This document shows, piece after piece, positions 17,322 through 26,341 of a stretch of DNA of 64,000 nt. Source of the stretch: an uncultured delta proteobacterium (GTDB lineage: Bacteria > Desulfobacterota > Binatia > Binatales > Binataceae). Both the position numbers and the translations under genes were made by a program. Location of the stretch: positions 6,176 through 70,175 of the forward strand of contig CAVZDJ010000050.1 of the NCBI GenBank assembly GCA_963773975.1, given 5' to 3'. The notes under the pieces were generated by a model that had not been told where the DNA came from, ran no database searches, and was given only the letters and a program-made list of their open reading frames with translations. Each line of letters begins with the position of its first letter. The stretch's first letter is position 1.

Positions 17322-18706
17322 GTATTCGGCTGCGACTCACTATCTACTGGACCGCGATCACCGCCGTCATCCTGTTGGCGGCGGGATTGCTCATCATGGT
17401 CATGTTCGGACGCGCGATGTGGAGCACGCTCGACGCGGCGCTGATGGAAGAAGCCGACACGACCGCGGCCGCCATTCCCCATTCCAGCGCCGCCGACACA
17501 AGGCTGATTCTTCAACGCCTCAGCCAGGAAAAGGATTTGGGACCAGGACGGCGGGTGCGTTTGATCGTGGGCGGCCATGTCGCGTTCGACGCCGGCGACA
17601 TCGGCGCGGACCTGCCCGACTTTCAGACGACGACAGGTTCGGTCGTCGACGGCGGGCAACATCGTTATCGCTTCGCGATCGTTTCGCTGCGCGTGAACGG
17701 AGAGCCCGGGTCGCTACAGGATGGTGCCGACGCGGTGCCGGCGCGGCGCGCTATCGCGCATCTGCGAAACGCGCTGCTGCTGGTCATCCCGATTATCCTC
17801 GCGCTCTGCGTTGGCGGCGGTTACTGGATGGCAGGATGGGCGCTCGCTCCGGTTAACCAGGTCACGGACGCACTGGCCCGTATCGGTCCGCGCGATCTGC
17901 GCCAGCGCCTTCCGCTCCCGCGAGTTGACGACGAGGCGGGGCAACTCATCGCCGCCATTAACCGCTTGCTCGAGCGCCTGGAACTCGCGTCCGCCGCACA
18001 ACAACGTTTTATCTCCGAAGCCGCTCATGAATTGCGCACCCCGCTGGCCGTCTTGCGCAGCGGGCTGGAGGTTACGCTGCAACAGCCGCGCGAGGCCGAG
18101 GAAAGCCGCGCGGCGCTGGAGCAGGCGATGGGCGAAGTCGAGCGCCTATGCGCGATCGCGGAAGACCTGCTCGCCCTCGCGCGGCTGGATGCCGAGCCCG
18201 CGGTCGAACGCACACGGGTGGACTTGAGTCAGATCGCGGCCGAAGCGTCCGCGATGGCGCAGACGTTGGCCGAGGCGAAGCATCAGGAATTCGCCCGGAA
18301 TTTCGCCCAGGACTTTGCAGTCGATGCGCACAAGCGAATCGTCGTGCATGGCAGCGCTGGCGATCTGCGCCGAGTCGTGCTGAATCTGCTCGACAACGCG
18401 GTCAAGTTTACTCCCGAGGGCGGCAGAATCGAAATCGGCGTTAGCACCAATGGAGCGACGGCGCTGGTCTCGGTGCGCGACAGCGGTCCCGGTATCGACG
18501 CGCGCGACATCGATCACATCTTCGATCCGTTCTATCGCAGCCGCGGCGCCAATGGCCGAGGTAGCGGTCTCGGACTCGCGCTGAGCCGCGAAATCGTACG
18601 CCGCCACGGCGGCCTCATCCAGGCCGCCAACCGCGCCGCCGGAGGCTGCGAGGTAGCGGTGCGCCTGCCGCTCGCGTCCCGAACGGTCGACCGAGAATCC
18701 ATCTAA
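17318..18706 (+). CDS. Sensor histidine kinase with HAMP domain (CusS/CzcS-like)
   Basis: Two TM helices, HAMP, H-box EAAHELRTPL, N-box NLLDNAVKF, DSGPGI, FDPFYR and GSGLGL; overlaps the regulator stop. Confidence 0.94.
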   Translation: MSIRLRLTIYWTAITAVILLAAGLLIMVMFGRAMWSTLDAALMEEADTTAAAIPHSSAADTRLILQRLSQEKDLGPGRRVRLIVGGHVAFDAGDIGADLPDFQTTTGSVVDGGQHRYRFAIVSLRVNGEPGSLQDGADAVPARRAIAHLRNALLLVIPIILALCVGGGYWMAGWALAPVNQVTDALARIGPRDLRQRLPLPRVDDEAGQLIAAINRLLERLELASAAQQRFISEAAHELRTPLAVLRSGLEVTLQQPREAEESRAALEQAMGEVERLCAIAEDLLALARLDAEPAVERTRVDLSQIAAEASAMAQTLAEAKHQEFARNFAQDFAVDAHKRIVVHGSAGDLRRVVLNLLDNAVKFTPEGGRIEIGVSTNGATALVSVRDSGPGIDARDIDHIFDPFYRSRGANGRGSGLGLALSREIVRRHGGLIQAANRAAGGCEVAVRLPLASRTVDRESI

Positions 18707-18726
18707 CGAATTGGAGACGCGACAAA

Positions 18727-19212
18727 TCAGAAGCCGAGAAGTTTCTCGAAGGCTTCCTCGAAGTTCTCTTTCGCAAGCGCCTGGGCCCGCTCACGCTGAA
18801 GGATGTCGTCGGCCACTGGAGCGATCCTCCAGTTATGCACCAGAGTTCCCGCGCCGTCCCACAACAATGCGTAGGCCAAAGACTGGTTGGACAGGTCCGC
18901 GCGGAACGGGATGCCGAAGACGGGGCCGACGGGCTTCAGGGTAATCTCGACGCTGCGCGCGACGATCGCGAGGTACGGAAAGAACACGCCCTTCAGCGCC
19001 GGGTTTTCCACCTTCATCGTCAGCGGCCGGATCGTCGCCAGGCGCTCCTTTTCGTACTCGCCCAGGAAGTCGTTGGCGACCAGATGGCAGAGCGAGCGCA
19101 TCGCTTCCACCATCTTGTGCAGTACGCTGTGCGAGCGCTCTTCGACTTCCTGGCGCTCGCGTGCGTCGCGTTCCTGACGCGTCTCGTTCAGCAGTTTGTC
19201 CCTGAGACTCAT
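18727..19212 (-). CDS. Hypothetical protein
   Basis: 161-aa ORF with normal composition, a charged helical N-terminus and a GAGG RBS-like sequence. Confidence 0.75.
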   Translation of the reverse strand: MSLRDKLLNETRQERDARERQEVEERSHSVLHKMVEAMRSLCHLVANDFLGEYEKERLATIRPLTMKVENPALKGVFFPYLAIVARSVEITLKPVGPVFGIPFRADLSNQSLAYALLWDGAGTLVHNWRIAPVADDILQRERAQALAKENFEEAFEKLLGF

Positions 19213-19287
19213 CGATTGCCTCGCCGATCCACGGGCTACGATTATGACTTCACTTTCGGCGGCTGAAAAGACACGCCCGCAGAGGGT

Positions 19288-20205
19288 TCAGCGGCTCGCG
19301 AGCGGGGCTCGGCGCCGGAGCAGACGGCCCCACCAGTAGCCGAAAAAGTTCGCGCACTCCAGCTCGTGGTAAAGCGCGCGCTCGCGGTCGCGGCGCGCCG
19401 CCGCCATCCGTAGCGCGTTGCGCACAAGCTTGTCGAGGTGATTGTGGCTTCGCCCGCCTGCCTGCGCCGTGCCGACGCCAAAAGCGAAGGCCTTGCGTAG
19501 CAGGTACTTGCGGTTCATCCGCGTGGCCGGCACCAGGTGAAAGACCCGCGCCTCGGCGGCGAAGCCCATCGCGCCGCCACCCGCGATGATTCGCGCGAAC
19601 AACTCGGTGTCCTCGCCTGAAATCGGATTGCCGCCGACCACGCCCAGGTCCTCGCGGAAGCGGCCAAAGCGCGTGAAGCACTCGCGGCGAAAGCCGGTAT
19701 TGGCGCTGAAGTAGTTGCGCAGGACTTCCGCATCCTCAAGCGGCGCGGCCGCGATCGCATGCTGGTCGTGCACTGCGAAGCGCACGTATAACGACGGTCC
19801 CAGCCATGGCGGCGGGGTGACCTCCCATCGCGGCAGCACCATCCCGCACGCCGCGTCGAGGCCGCGCCGCTCGATCTCGGTGATCATCAGCGCGACCCAG
19901 TCGGAATCGGCCACCGCGTCGTCGTCGATGAAGAGGATAAAGTCCCCGGCCGCCTCGTCGACCGCGCGGTTGCGCGCAAAGCTCGACCCCGGACGCGCTT
20001 CGAACACGCGGCGTATCGCAAACGGCGCGCGCGCGGCGGCCTCCTCGACCACTGCGGGAGTGCGGTCGGTCGAGTTGTTGTCGATCACGATACATTCCGT
20101 CTCGACCGATGCGGGCAGGCGCTGCGCCGCGAGGCTTGCCAAGGTCTCGCCGAGCGTGGCCGCGCGATTGTGAGTAGGAACCGCGAGCGTGATGCGAATA
20201 GCCAA
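19288..20205 (-). CDS. Glycosyltransferase family 2
   Basis: LAVPTHNRA, IVIDNNSTD, SFARN, FIDDD, GEDTEL and VFH. Likely TTG start at 20205, just after the upstream stop. Confidence 0.92.
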   Translation of the reverse strand: MAIRITLAVPTHNRAATLGETLASLAAQRLPASVETECIVIDNNSTDRTPAVVEEAAARAPFAIRRVFEARPGSSFARNRAVDEAAGDFILFIDDDAVADSDWVALMITEIERRGLDAACGMVLPRWEVTPPPWLGPSLYVRFAVHDQHAIAAAPLEDAEVLRNYFSANTGFRRECFTRFGRFREDLGVVGGNPISGEDTELFARIIAGGGAMGFAAEARVFHLVPATRMNRKYLLRKAFAFGVGTAQAGGRSHNHLDKLVRNALRMAAARRDRERALYHELECANFFGYWWGRLLRRRAPLASR

Positions 20206-20209
20206 TTGC

Positions 20210-21424
20210 CTAGTGAAAATCCGGTGTCGCACGCGGCCGAGGGCGCGCCGCGGCAGGCGAGGGCGAAGCACGCAGAGGTGTAGACGGCGGCGTCGCCGAG
20301 GGTTGAGGCGCTGGCGCGAGGTTTTCAATCGCCAGGGTTGGCAGCGGCGCCTTGGATTGGGTGAAGACCATTGAACCCACGGTCAGGCTCGGCTCGGCCT
20401 GCTGCTGGATTTGCGCCGGCGCGATCAGCTCGAAACCGAAGTCACGGGTCTCGCCAGGGACGAACGGCAGCACGGGGCGGATGAAGCCGGTGAATTCGAT
20501 CGGCGTTACGATCACGCTATGACTCTCCTGGTAAAGGAGCTTTTGCTCGGCGCCGCGCCCGGCGTGGTAGGTCACCGTCAGCCGCACCTCGTCGACGGCG
20601 CGGGCCCCGGCGTTGGTGATGCGGCCAAAGATTGCGGGCACGCGCGCCTCCGACATTTTCACCGCGACGTCGCTCAGCACCAGCCTGGGGATGTAGGCCC
20701 GAACCGCCGGGAGCTCAGCCTGGATGTCTTCGATCGCCTTGAGTCTGCGTTTGAAGAAAAACTTCAGGCCGCGGCTGCCACTGAATTCCTGCTGGTCGAG
20801 CTGAGCGATCAATGCCTGGTAGGCCGCCGCCGCTCTGGGGTAGTCCAGTTTATGGTAGATGCCGACGGCCTCGCGATTGCCGTCGCGAATCAGGTCGCGG
20901 CGCGCGAAGTCCGCCACCACGCGCCATTGATGTTGCTGCTTGACCATCACCAGTGCGTCCTCGAACCTGAGCTTGGGATAGGAGTCGCTTTCGAGCGATT
21001 TGTCGGCGGCGGCGTTGAGCGAATCCTGCGGGCCGGCCTTGGCGTCGATCATCCGCTCCCACAGCGTGAGATCGGGCGTCGTGACCTTGACCGGCACCAC
21101 CGCGCGCTCACCGTTGACTTGCGGCTGGCCGACTTGGTAACGCGTGCTGAACAGGATCGCGCGGAACCAGATCGGATCGACGTCGGGCGCCAGCGGAATC
21201 TCGGTTATGAACTGCTTGAGCGGGCGCGCCGCGCGATCCTCGTCGGTGAGTGTCGCGTAGCAGGCCGGGTAGTTAAACTCTTGCAAGTCGGCCAGATAGC
21301 GGGTGGCCAGGCTTTGCGGCGACTGGCCGCATCCGGCGAGCAGAGCCGCGGCAAGCAACGCAAGTGCGAGCAGCCGGTCACCTCCACGGCGGCCTCTCGC
21401 GCAAACCGTCCTCTCCTTCATCAC
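20210..21424 (-). CDS. Lipoprotein, NTF2-like N-domain and FxLYD-like C-domain
   Basis: Lipobox LLAGC, YLADLQEFNYPACYATL, GRITNAGARAVDEVRLTVTY...PGETRDF, and a Pro-rich tail. Domain calls are tentative. Confidence 0.75.
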   Translation of the reverse strand: MMKERTVCARGRRGGDRLLALALLAAALLAGCGQSPQSLATRYLADLQEFNYPACYATLTDEDRAARPLKQFITEIPLAPDVDPIWFRAILFSTRYQVGQPQVNGERAVVPVKVTTPDLTLWERMIDAKAGPQDSLNAAADKSLESDSYPKLRFEDALVMVKQQHQWRVVADFARRDLIRDGNREAVGIYHKLDYPRAAAAYQALIAQLDQQEFSGSRGLKFFFKRRLKAIEDIQAELPAVRAYIPRLVLSDVAVKMSEARVPAIFGRITNAGARAVDEVRLTVTYHAGRGAEQKLLYQESHSVIVTPIEFTGFIRPVLPFVPGETRDFGFELIAPAQIQQQAEPSLTVGSMVFTQSKAPLPTLAIENLAPAPQPSATPPSTPLRASPSPAAARPRPRATPDFH

Positions 21425-21470
21425 GATGCCTGGTTGACGCCTTCGACCCCTGACTGGCGCTTCGGCGCGT

Positions 21471-22512
21471 CTAGCGCTCGACCGGCAGGCGCGCGTCGTT
21501 CCAGTCGAGCATCCCGCCCTTCATGCTGCAGACGTTTTCGAAACCGAGGCCGGTCAGGATCGCCGCCGCAGTCACGCTGCGCACACCCGCGCGGCAGATC
21601 ACCACTATGTCCTTGTCCTTGAAGGATCTGAGTTCGGCCTCGGCGCGTTCGGGCAGCTCACGCAGTGGGATGAGCCGCGCGCCCGCGATATGGCCGAGTT
21701 CGCCCACATATTCCTCGCGCTCGCGCACGTCGAGCAGCAGCGGCGCGGCCGCACTGTCGATGCGCCCGGCGATCTCGTCCGGCGAAAGCTGACGCACCGA
21801 GTTGAGCTGGGCGAGCGTCGGAAAATGGATCGCGGCGGCTTCGATCTCGGTCTGGTTGGGCTGCAGCGCCTCCTGGATTCCCTCGGGCAGCGGCAGTCCG
21901 AGATTGTTCATCAGATCGACGTAGGCCTCGCGCGAGCGTCCGGCCACGCGGGGATTCGAGGCTTTCTCTTCGCCGATCGTGGAACAGATATGGCCGCGGT
22001 AGTCGTGCGCCGGATAGACCAGGGTGGAGTCGGGCAGCGTGAACAGCTTGCGCGTGATCGAGTCGTACTGCTCACCCGCGTCGCCGCCGGCGAAATCGGC
22101 GCGCCCCGTGCCGTGAATCAGCAGGCAATCGCCGGTGAAGACGCGGTCCTCAGCGTAGAGGCTTAACGAGTCGGGAGTATGGCCGGGCGTGTAGAGCACC
22201 TTGAGGTCAAAGTCGCCGACGATCAGCCGCTGGCCGTCCTCCAAATGCATCGTGACGTGCGGCGCCGGAGCCCGCCGATGCATCGCGACCGGCGTGTCGG
22301 TGAGCTGGCGACAGCTCGTGCGCGCCGCTGCGATGGTCGGCGTGAGTATGCGTATCGACAATGAGATCGAGCTTGAGCCGGTGGTATGCCAGCACGCCGA
22401 GATAGCGCTCGACCCGGTCCTTGACCGGATCGATTATCACCGCGCGCTCCATGCCTTCGGAAGCGAGCAGGTAGGTCTTGCACTTGGAGTTGTTCAACTC
22501 GCGAAAGATCAT
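21471..22512 (-). pseudogene. Persulfide dioxygenase (ETHE1-like MBL fold)-rhodanese fusion, split by one extra base at about 22311
   Basis: Frame 1 gives MIFRELNNSKCKTYLL...IIDPV...DTHTHADHRSGAHEL. Frame 2 continues RQLTDTPVAMH...TPGHT...FTGDCLLIHGTGRADF...YPAHDY...TIGEEKASNPR and a rhodanese domain LLDVRE...ICRAGVRS...KGGMLDW. The junction reads CTG-T-CGC and the span is 1042 bp (3n+1). May be a sequencing error. Confidence 0.88.
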
Positions 22513-22688
22513 GTCCCCCTCCTGGCTGACACCTACGCCCCGATTATTAACACAATCCGATTGTCGTCCGCTCGCGCCTCGCCGGCTTCGGCCGCCAGAG
22601 ACTATAGCGCCGCGCGCGCTCAAGTGTGAACGGCTTTCATGGATGAATGATAGCGGGCAGCGGCTTGACCGGGGGCGAACGCCGCCCG

Positions 22689-23933
22689 ATGATGCCAGCA
22701 GTGGAACTACGCCTCGCCGTGCCGCTAGCGATCTTCGGGTTCACCTACTTCGTGTTCGCGGTCGGCAATTTTCCCGGACTCAAGCTCGACCGCACTGGAG
22801 CGGCGCTCGCCGGCGCGTTGTTGATGGTGGTGACGGGGTCGCTCAGCGAATCCAAGGCGCTGGCCGCGATCGACTTTCACACGCTCCTGCTGCTGCTCGG
22901 GATGATGATCATCGTCGCCAACCTGCGCGTCTCGGGCGCCTTTGCGTTGGTCGCGCGATGGCTCCTGGAGCGGGCACACTCCGGCTACGGGCTGCTGGCG
23001 ATGACGGTGCTCGCATCGGGAGTGCTGGCGGCGTTTTTCATTAATGACGTGGTATGCCTGTCGCTGGCGGGACCGCTCATCGAGGTCGCCCGCATCCTCG
23101 AGATCGACGCCGCGCCGCTGCTGCTCGCGCTCGCCACCGGCAGCAACATCGGCAGCGTCGCGACCATCACCGGCAATCCGCAGAACATGATCGTCGCAGG
23201 CTTCGCCGGTATCGGCTATTCGGCCTTCGCGATCCGCCTGGCGCCGGCCGCGCTGGCCGGTCTGCTGGTCGACTACGCCGTGATCGCCTGGTTCTACCGC
23301 GGCCATCTGAGCCACGTGCGGCCGCGCGAGGACCATGAATTGCCCGCGCCGTTGCGGGAACACCGCTACCATCTGATCAAGTCCTCGATAGTCGCGGGAA
23401 TGGTGTTGATACTGTTCGCGATGGGCTATCCGACACACCTGGTGGCGCTGGGTGGCGGCGCCGCGCTGCTGTTCACGCGGCGCACCGAGCCGCGGTCGAT
23501 TTACGAGCAGATCGACTGGACGCTGCTGGTAATGTTCGCGGGACTGTTCATCGTGGTCAGAGGCGCCGAGACGACCCATTTGCTGAAGGATTTGGTGCAA
23601 GCAGCGGGGCCCGAGCGGCTGAAGAACGTCGCGGTGCTGTCAGTGGTCGCCGCGGTGCTCTCCAACCTGGTCAGCAACGTTCCCGCAATGTTGCTGTTCA
23701 AGCCGATCTATCCGCAGATCAGCCACGGCATGAGCACCGGCCTGGTGCTCGCAAGCGCCAGCACGTTCGCCGGAAATCTCACTCTGCTCGGATCGATCGC
23801 GAACCTGATCGTAGTCGAGCAGGCGCGCCGCGAAGGAATCGAGATCGGTTTCGTCGACTATCTCAAGGTCGGCGTGCCGGTGACGATCTTCACGCTCGTC
23901 ATCGACATTGTCTGGCTGCAGTTCTTCCGCTAG
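22689..23933 (+). CDS. Anion permease (ArsB/NhaD/CitMHS ion-transporter superfamily)
   Basis: LDRTGAALAGA, IDFHTLLLLLGMM, AFFINDVVCL, SNIGSVATITGNPQN, IDWTLL, LSNLVSNVPA and AGNLTLLGSIANLIV. Start uncertain. Confidence 0.92.
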   Translation: MMPAVELRLAVPLAIFGFTYFVFAVGNFPGLKLDRTGAALAGALLMVVTGSLSESKALAAIDFHTLLLLLGMMIIVANLRVSGAFALVARWLLERAHSGYGLLAMTVLASGVLAAFFINDVVCLSLAGPLIEVARILEIDAAPLLLALATGSNIGSVATITGNPQNMIVAGFAGIGYSAFAIRLAPAALAGLLVDYAVIAWFYRGHLSHVRPREDHELPAPLREHRYHLIKSSIVAGMVLILFAMGYPTHLVALGGGAALLFTRRTEPRSIYEQIDWTLLVMFAGLFIVVRGAETTHLLKDLVQAAGPERLKNVAVLSVVAAVLSNLVSNVPAMLLFKPIYPQISHGMSTGLVLASASTFAGNLTLLGSIANLIVVEQARREGIEIGFVDYLKVGVPVTIFTLVIDIVWLQFFR

Positions 23934-23951
23934 CGCCCGGCCCATCCACCG

Positions 23952-25130
23952 CTACGGAAACTTGAGGCGGACGATCTCCGCCTTGCGCACGGCGTCGGCC
24001 ACCATCCTCTCGACCTCGAGCACGGCCTCGGCGGCGCGCACTTCATCGAGGTTGGCGTGGGTTTCGGGATGGGGTGGCACGAACAACGAGCAGCAGTCCT
24101 GGTCCGGCTGAATCGAGGTCTCGAAAGTGCCAAGCGCGCGCGCCTGATCGACAATCTCGTTCTTGTCCATCCCGACCAGCGGACGCACCATCGGCAGCGC
24201 GGCGGCCTCCTCGATGACCGTCATGTTCTCCAGCGTCTGCGAGGCGACCTGGCCGAGACTCTCGCCTGTCACCAGCACTCGCGCGCCCGCGCGCCGGGCG
24301 AGCGCCTCCGCAATCCGCACCATGAAGCGGCGGTAGAGCACCACTCGCAGCGGGCGCGGTCCGCGCGCCACGATCTCGCGCTGGATGTCGGCGAACGCTA
24401 CCAGCATGAGCGTCGATCGCGCCTCGTATCGAGTGAGATGCTCGGCCAACTCGGTCGCTTTCTCGCGGCTCGCCGCCGAGACCAGCGGATGGCTGTGGAA
24501 GTGGACGAAATCGAGCCTAAGGCCGCGGCGCATCATGCGGTGCGCGGCGACCGGCGAGTCGATTCCGCCCGAGAGCAGCGCCACCCCGTGTCCCGTGATA
24601 CCCACGGGCAGGCCGCCCGCGCCCGGCCGTTTGCCGGGAGCAAGATAGGCGGCGTCGGGGAGAATCTCGATCGTGATGACCAACGCAGGATTCTCAAGAC
24701 TTACTTTAAGTTGCACATCGTCCCGTGCCGCGTCGTCTTTGACCGCAGCGCCGACCGCCTGGTCGATTTCCATCGAGTTGAAGGCAAAGCGCTTGTCGGC
24801 GCGCGTTGCGCGCACGCGAAAGCTACTGGCGCTCCGATGCGCGCGCGCGATCGCGATCGCCTCGCGCTTTATTGCTTCGATATCGCGCGCAACCGCGCGG
24901 CTCAGCGAAAAATTCTGCAGTCCGAAGAGCAGCGCGGCGCGCTCGGCCGCCACCTCCTCGCCGATCTCCTCGGGAAGCTCGACGATAAGCCGCGGACCCT
25001 CGCCACGCATCGCGCCTAGCTTGAAGTCGGCGAAGACCGCGCGCAGGTTGCTCTTCAACTGATCGACGAAGCGCCACTGGTTGCGCCCCTTGAGCGCGAT
25101 TTCGTGGTATCTTCCAATCAGGTAACGCAT
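23952..25130 (-). CDS. thiI: tRNA 4-thiouridine(8) synthase ThiI, without C-terminal rhodanese domain
   Basis: RYHEIALKGRN, THUMP domain, GAGGLPVG, PP-loop LLSGGIDSPVA, TGESLGQVASQT and DCCSLF; 392 aa. Confidence 0.96.
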   Translation of the reverse strand: MRYLIGRYHEIALKGRNQWRFVDQLKSNLRAVFADFKLGAMRGEGPRLIVELPEEIGEEVAAERAALLFGLQNFSLSRAVARDIEAIKREAIAIARAHRSASSFRVRATRADKRFAFNSMEIDQAVGAAVKDDAARDDVQLKVSLENPALVITIEILPDAAYLAPGKRPGAGGLPVGITGHGVALLSGGIDSPVAAHRMMRRGLRLDFVHFHSHPLVSAASREKATELAEHLTRYEARSTLMLVAFADIQREIVARGPRPLRVVLYRRFMVRIAEALARRAGARVLVTGESLGQVASQTLENMTVIEEAAALPMVRPLVGMDKNEIVDQARALGTFETSIQPDQDCCSLFVPPHPETHANLDEVRAAEAVLEVERMVADAVRKAEIVRLKFP

Positions 25131-25194
25131 CGTGATCGCTTACACCCGCAAGGCTCTCGTCCGCATCATATTTGCGGCGAGCCGGAACTGATAC

Positions 25195-25797
25195 ATGACC
25201 GCACCGACACCAATCAATCAGCGCCTCGCCCGTCTGCGCAGGGGTCTCGAGCCCGCCGAGCGGCTCGCGCGTCATCGTATCGGGGCAGGGCGCGGCGCGG
25301 CGGTGCTGATGCCGATCTTCGAGCTCGACGGCGACCTGCACGTGGTCTATATCCGGCGCTCAGACCATGTCGAAAGCCATCGCGGTCAGGTCGCATTTCC
25401 GGGCGGCCGAGTCGATCCGACCGACGAGACTCTGCTTCACACGGCGCTGCGCGAGGCGCAGGAAGAGGTCGGGATCGACCCCGCGAGGGTCGACGTGCTG
25501 GGCGGCTTCGAGGGCACGGTGGCGCGCACGAGCGAGATCCACGTGACGCCATTTATCGGGGTCATCCCGGCCGCTGCGGGGCTGCGCGCCGACCCGAAAG
25601 AGGTCGCCGCGATCTTCTTCGTTCCGATGAGCGCGCTGGAGGACTCGAGCTACCGCGGCACTTATCGCTTCCGGCGCGACACCGGCCAGGTGACCGAGCA
25701 TCCGGCGATCTTCTACAACGACCAGGTTATTTGGGGACTCACGCTGCGCTTCACCGAGGAAGTGTTGCGCCGGATGAACGGCGCAGCCCCGGGTTAA
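25195..25797 (+). CDS. Nudix CoA pyrophosphatase (NudL-like)
   Basis: AAVL, HRGQVAFPGGRVD...ALREAQEEVG and IWGLT. Confidence 0.93.
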   Translation: MTAPTPINQRLARLRRGLEPAERLARHRIGAGRGAAVLMPIFELDGDLHVVYIRRSDHVESHRGQVAFPGGRVDPTDETLLHTALREAQEEVGIDPARVDVLGGFEGTVARTSEIHVTPFIGVIPAAAGLRADPKEVAAIFFVPMSALEDSSYRGTYRFRRDTGQVTEHPAIFYNDQVIWGLTLRFTEEVLRRMNGAAPG

Positions 25798-25837
25798 TGC
25801 GACGGGGTTTTGGATTTTCCCCAACGCAGTCTAAAGA

Positions 25838-25903
25838 GGACCGTTAACGAACGGCCCCTACAAAAATCGATCATCTCGGTGTAGACGCCGTTCGTGAATG
25901 GCC
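25838..25903. repeat. Inverted doublet of GTAG-type REP-like palindromes
   Basis: Left copy (reverse complement) TGTAGGGGCCGTTCGTTAACGGTCC; right copy TGTAGACGCCGTTCGTGAATGGCC; 17-bp spacer; between convergent genes. Confidence 0.7.
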
Positions 25904-25924
25904 GTCGGTGACCGGGTCGGATTT

Positions 25925-26341
25925 CTACTTCAGATAATCCAGCATCCCGTGCCGCAGCATCCCTTCTAGGTAAGGAATCACATCGCTCATACGCGCCAGT
26001 TCCTCGACCGTGACCCATCGGCCCTCGACATGCTCACCGGGCATCAGGACGAACTCGCGGCGCGCATCTGCCGGACGGCACGCGAAGAGCGCCTGCACGT
26101 ACGGGTCCGGCGGCGCCTTGTAGAGTCCGAGCGCGCGCTCGATCTCGATCGCGAGTCCGGTCTCCTCGCCGACTTCGCGCGCCAGGCACTCCTCGAAGCT
26201 CTCGCCGAGCGTTAGATGGCCGCCGGGAAGGTCCCAATGGCCCGGCCGATACGGCATTCGCGCCGCCCGTCGCAGCACCACGAGGCGTCCGCGGTCGGCG
26301 ATTATACCGTGCACTCCGATCCAGAACTGCGACTCCGCCAC
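25925..26341 (-). CDS. Nudix hydrolase (MutT-like)
   Basis: WDLPGGHLTLGESFEECLAREVGEETGL Nudix box. Likely GTG start at 26341 (VAESQFWIGVHG). Confidence 0.9.
   Translation of the reverse strand: MAESQFWIGVHGIIADRGRLVVLRRAARMPYRPGHWDLPGGHLTLGESFEECLAREVGEETGLAIEIERALGLYKAPPDPYVQALFACRPADARREFVLMPGEHVEGRWVTVEELARMSDVIPYLEGMLRHGMLDYLK

Noticed and set aside
22300-22320. Programmed ribosomal frameshift in the PDO gene
   Set aside because: No slippery sequence at the junction; a mutation or read error is simpler.
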